64,000 bases of DNA from TPA_inf: Saccharomyces (Eukaryota), in the NCBI GenBank assembly GCA_000146045.2, contig BK006948.2:1024001-1088000 (forward strand), written 5' to 3'. This document shows positions 60,700 through 64,000 of this stretch, piece after piece (position 1 is the stretch's first letter; each line of letters opens with the position of its first letter). Below the pieces are notes generated by a model. That model did no database searches. It was not told the origin of the DNA and saw only the letters and a program-made list of their open reading frames with translations. The translations under genes were made by a program, and so were the position numbers.

Positions 60700-63600
60700 A
60701 CGAAAATAGGCAATATTTCCTGTTTAGGCGATTGTGACGCAGATTTTAGTCCAACGATCTAGCGTCAAGGAATTTTTTTATAGTGGGACATTGCACCAAG
60801 GAAGTAACTTGATACGTCGTGGGTGAATGGGTCTGTTTTCTTATTCGGCGGGGTAATACATTTTTGGGGGAAGTTTGTCTGTCTGACGCGCCATATGTAG
60901 GTACGCCAAAAAGGGCTCCTCTACTTCGAAGCGCGAGGTCGTATACCTAATAAGGAAATGTAATTTATAACTTTCTATTATATTGGTCTTTTCGAGAGCG
61001 GAAGAAGTTGTAGGCTAAGCGCAGGCTAAGCGTAGGTCCATATTTAAAGTATCCAAGAGAATATCCACGAAGCGGCTGAGCAACGAACAGAATCCTGGTT
61101 CTCCTCGACTAAGCAGATAGTTAAGATACTGTGCACCATGGAAATTGAAAACGAAAGTACGTACCGACTACTTTATTTTTGCAGGCCGGAAATCAAGCGA
61201 TGAATGAGACATCCTTCTGTTTTCTATGTTGGGACAGACAGTCGCTTATCTTAGTGAGATTTCTTATTAACTGAATTTTCTTTGCTGCTGCTGGAGATTT
61301 GCACCTGCATAGCGCAGATTCTGCTTCTTCTCAATAGAGTAGCTTAATTATTACATTCTTAGATGATGATAAGACGGAAACTGGACAATCTTTTGTTTAT
61401 ATTGATGGATTTCTTGTCAAAAAGCATAACAATCAACATACTATTGTTAATTTCGAAACTTACAAAAATAAAATGAAAGTTTCCGATAGGCGTAAGTTTG
61501 AAAAAGCAAACTTTGACGAGTTTGAGTCGGCTCTAAATAACAAAAACGACTTGGTACATTGTCCCTCAATAACTTTATTTGAATCGATCCCCACGGAAGT
61601 GCGGTCATTCTACGAAGACGAAAAGTCTGGCCTAATCAAAGTGGTAAAATTCAGAACTGGTGCAATGGATAGGAAAAGGTCTTTTGAAAAAATTGTCATT
61701 TCCGTCATGGTCGGGAAAAATGTACAAAAGTTCCTGACATTTGTTGAAGACGAACCAGATTTCCAGGGCGGACCAATCCCTTCAAAGTATCTTATTCCCA
61801 AGAAAATCAACTTGATGGTCTACACGTTGTTTCAAGTGCATACTTTGAAATTCAATAGAAAGGATTACGATACCCTTTCTCTTTTTTACCTCAACAGAGG
61901 ATACTATAATGAGTTGAGTTTCCGTGTCCTGGAACGTTGTCACGAAATAGCGAGTGCCAGGCCGAACGACAGCTCTACGATGCGTACTTTCACTGACTTT
62001 GTTTCTGGCGCACCTATTGTAAGGAGTCTTCAGAAAAGCACCATAAGGAAATATGGGTACAATTTGGCACCCTACATGTTCTTGTTACTACACGTAGATG
62101 AGCTATCGATTTTTTCTGCATACCAAGCAAGTTTACCTGGCGAAAAGAAAGTCGACACAGAGCGGCTGAAGCGTGATCTATGCCCACGTAAACCCATTGA
62201 GATAAAGTACTTTTCACAGATATGTAACGATATGATGAACAAAAAAGACCGATTGGGTGATATTTTGCATATTATCTTGCGAGCATGTGCGCTCAATTTC
62301 GGGGCGGGTCCCCGTGGTGGCGCTGGTGACGAAGAGGATCGATCTATTACGAATGAAGAACCCATTATTCCCTCTGTGGACGAGCATGGCTTGAAAGTAT
62401 GTAAGTTGCGTAGTCCTAACACTCCACGAAGACTCAGAAAAACACTAGATGCCGTGAAAGCTTTATTGGTGTCGTCTTGTGCTTGTACTGCAAGGGATTT
62501 AGATATATTTGATGACACCAACGGCGTTGCAATGTGGAAATGGATCAAAATTCTGTACCACGAAGTAGCGCAGGAAACCACGCTGAAGGACTCTTATAGA
62601 ATAACTTTGGTACCTTCTTCTGATGGTATATCAGTATGTGGAAAACTTTTTAATCGCGAGTATGTCCGCGGCTTTTACTTTGCATGCAAGGCTCAGTTCG
62701 ATAACCTTTGGGGAGAGTTGAACAACTGCTTTTATATGCCTACAGTGGTTGATATTGCCAGCCTCATTTTGCGTAATCGAGAAGTTTTGTTCAGAGAGCC
62801 AAAGCGAGGAATTGACGAGTATCTGGAAAACGATTCTTTTCTTCAAATGATACCTGTTAAATATCGTGAAATTGTGCTGCCCAAGTTGAGAAGAGATACT
62901 AACAAAATGACCGCGGCTCTTAAAAATAAAGTCACTGTTGCAATTGACGAGCTTACGGTGCCACTTATGTGGATGGTCCATTTTGCCGTAGGATACCCTT
63001 ACCGTTATCCAGAGCTTCAGCTACTCGCTTTTGCCGGTCCTCAGCGCAACGTATACGTCGATGATACAACAAGACGCATCCAACTGTACACTGATTACAA
63101 CAAGAACGGTTCATCGGAGCCTCGACTTAAGACGCTTGACGGACTCACTTCAGATTACGTGTTTTATTTTGTCACTGTGCTAAGGCAAATGCAAATATGT
63201 GCGCTTGGTAACAGTTATGACGCTTTTAATCATGATCCTTGGATGGATGTGGTGGGATTTGAGGATCCAGATCAAGTAACAAATCGAGACATTTCGAGGA
63301 TAGTTTTGTATTCCTACATGTTTCTGAATACCGCGAAGGGCTGTCTGGTTGAATACGCAACTTTTCGGCAGTACATGAGGGAACTTCCGAAGAATGCACC
63401 TCAGAAGCTGAATTTTCGGGAGATGCGTCAGGGGTTGATTGCCCTAGGACGGCACTGCGTAGGTAGCAGATTTGAAACAGATTTGTACGAGTCGGCGACG
63501 AGTGAACTCATGGCCAATCATTCCGTTCAAACAGGGCGAAATATTTACGGTGTGGATTCCTTTTCGTTAACTAGTGTCAGTGGGACGACCGCCACTTTAT

Positions 63601-64000
63601 TGCAGGAACGAGCTTCCGAGCGCTGGATTCAATGGTTAGGCCTTGAAAGCGACTACCATTGTTCATTCTCTAGTACTCGGAATGCGGAAGACGTAGTGGC
63701 AGGTGAGGCGGCGAGTTCAGATCATGATCAAAAAATTTCAAGAGTAACGCGAAAAAGGCCCCGAGAGCCCAAGAGTACAAACGATATCCTCGTCGCAGGC
63801 CAGAAACTCTTTGGCAGCTCCTTTGAATTCAGGGACTTGCATCAGTTGCGCTTATGTCATGAAATATACATGGCAGACACACCCTCTGTGGCAGTACAGG
63901 CCCCACCGGGCTATGGTAAGACGGAGTTATTTCATCTCCCCTTGATAGCACTGGCGTCTAAGGGCGACGTGAAATATGTGTCGTTTCTGTTTGTACCGTA
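60700..64000 (+). mobile_element. Centromere-proximal part of a Y' subtelomeric element; start boundary approximate, and the element extends beyond the window
   Basis: Contains the Y' helicase ORF below and lies distal to the X element; the Y' family is multi-copy across chromosome ends. Confidence 0.75.
61473..64000 (+). CDS. YRF1-8: Y'-encoded helicase (YRF1 family), partial: first ~842 codons, with no stop before the window end
   Basis: Manual translation from the ATG at 61473: [60 protein letters not shown]... through ...[23 protein letters not shown] (helicase Walker-A-like GYGKTE). The first in-frame upstream stop is at 61335. The copy number (-8) is inferred from position on chrXV-R only. 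Confidence 0.8.
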   Translation, partial: MKVSDRRKFEKANFDEFESALNNKNDLVHCPSITLFESIPTEVRSFYEDEKSGLIKVVKFRTGAMDRKRSFEKIVISVMVGKNVQKFLTFVEDEPDFQGGPIPSKYLIPKKINLMVYTLFQVHTLKFNRKDYDTLSLFYLNRGYYNELSFRVLERCHEIASARPNDSSTMRTFTDFVSGAPIVRSLQKSTIRKYGYNLAPYMFLLLHVDELSIFSAYQASLPGEKKVDTERLKRDLCPRKPIEIKYFSQICNDMMNKKDRLGDILHIILRACALNFGAGPRGGAGDEEDRSITNEEPIIPSVDEHGLKVCKLRSPNTPRRLRKTLDAVKALLVSSCACTARDLDIFDDTNGVAMWKWIKILYHEVAQETTLKDSYRITLVPSSDGISVCGKLFNREYVRGFYFACKAQFDNLWGELNNCFYMPTVVDIASLILRNREVLFREPKRGIDEYLENDSFLQMIPVKYREIVLPKLRRDTNKMTAALKNKVTVAIDELTVPLMWMVHFAVGYPYRYPELQLLAFAGPQRNVYVDDTTRRIQLYTDYNKNGSSEPRLKTLDGLTSDYVFYFVTVLRQMQICALGNSYDAFNHDPWMDVVGFEDPDQVTNRDISRIVLYSYMFLNTAKGCLVEYATFRQYMRELPKNAPQKLNFREMRQGLIALGRHCVGSRFETDLYESATSELMANHSVQTGRNIYGVDSFSLTSVSGTTATLLQERASERWIQWLGLESDYHCSFSSTRNAEDVVAGEAASSDHDQKISRVTRKRPREPKSTNDILVAGQKLFGSSFEFRDLHQLRLCHEIYMADTPSVAVQAPPGYGKTELFHLPLIALASKGDVKYVSFLFVP

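Noticed and set aside
1-64000. CRISPR arrays, prokaryotic defence or operon structures, tRNA genes, Ty LTRs
   Set aside because: Sequence is eukaryotic yeast DNA (monocistronic genes with AT-rich spacers); no regularly spaced direct repeats, no tRNA-like A/B-box cloverleaf candidates, and no delta/sigma LTR termini (TGTTG...CAACA) were found on reading.

Overview
This window reads as the right-arm end of Saccharomyces cerevisiae chromosome XV, running centromere to telomere over roughly YOR365C to YRF1-8. Positions 1-28930 are an ordinary gene-dense interval: YOR365C (partial), SCP1, RAD17, RPS12, MRS6, GPB1, NDD1, NUD1, ALD4, GDH1, ATF1, AMF1/YOR378W and RDR1. Positions 31545-39648 hold a known iron-uptake cluster (FRE3, FIT2, FIT3, FRE5) with Aft1-type TGCACCC boxes in its promoters. 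Positions 41043-59212 are classic subtelomeric family genes (YOR385W, PHR1, YOR387C, FDH1, YOR389W, FEX1, HSP33, ERR1, PAU21), followed by a core X element with an ARS consensus, TAGGGTAA-type subtelomeric repeats, and a Y' element whose YRF1-type helicase ORF runs off the window end. The sequence is eukaryotic: no CRISPR arrays, operons, tRNA genes or Ty LTRs were found. I see no evidence of an undescribed system. The second-look items are regulatory architecture, intragenic repeats, subtelomeric paralogy and a few uncharacterised ORFs. Gene names come from recognising the translated products and the gene order; exact annotated boundaries were not checked against a database.
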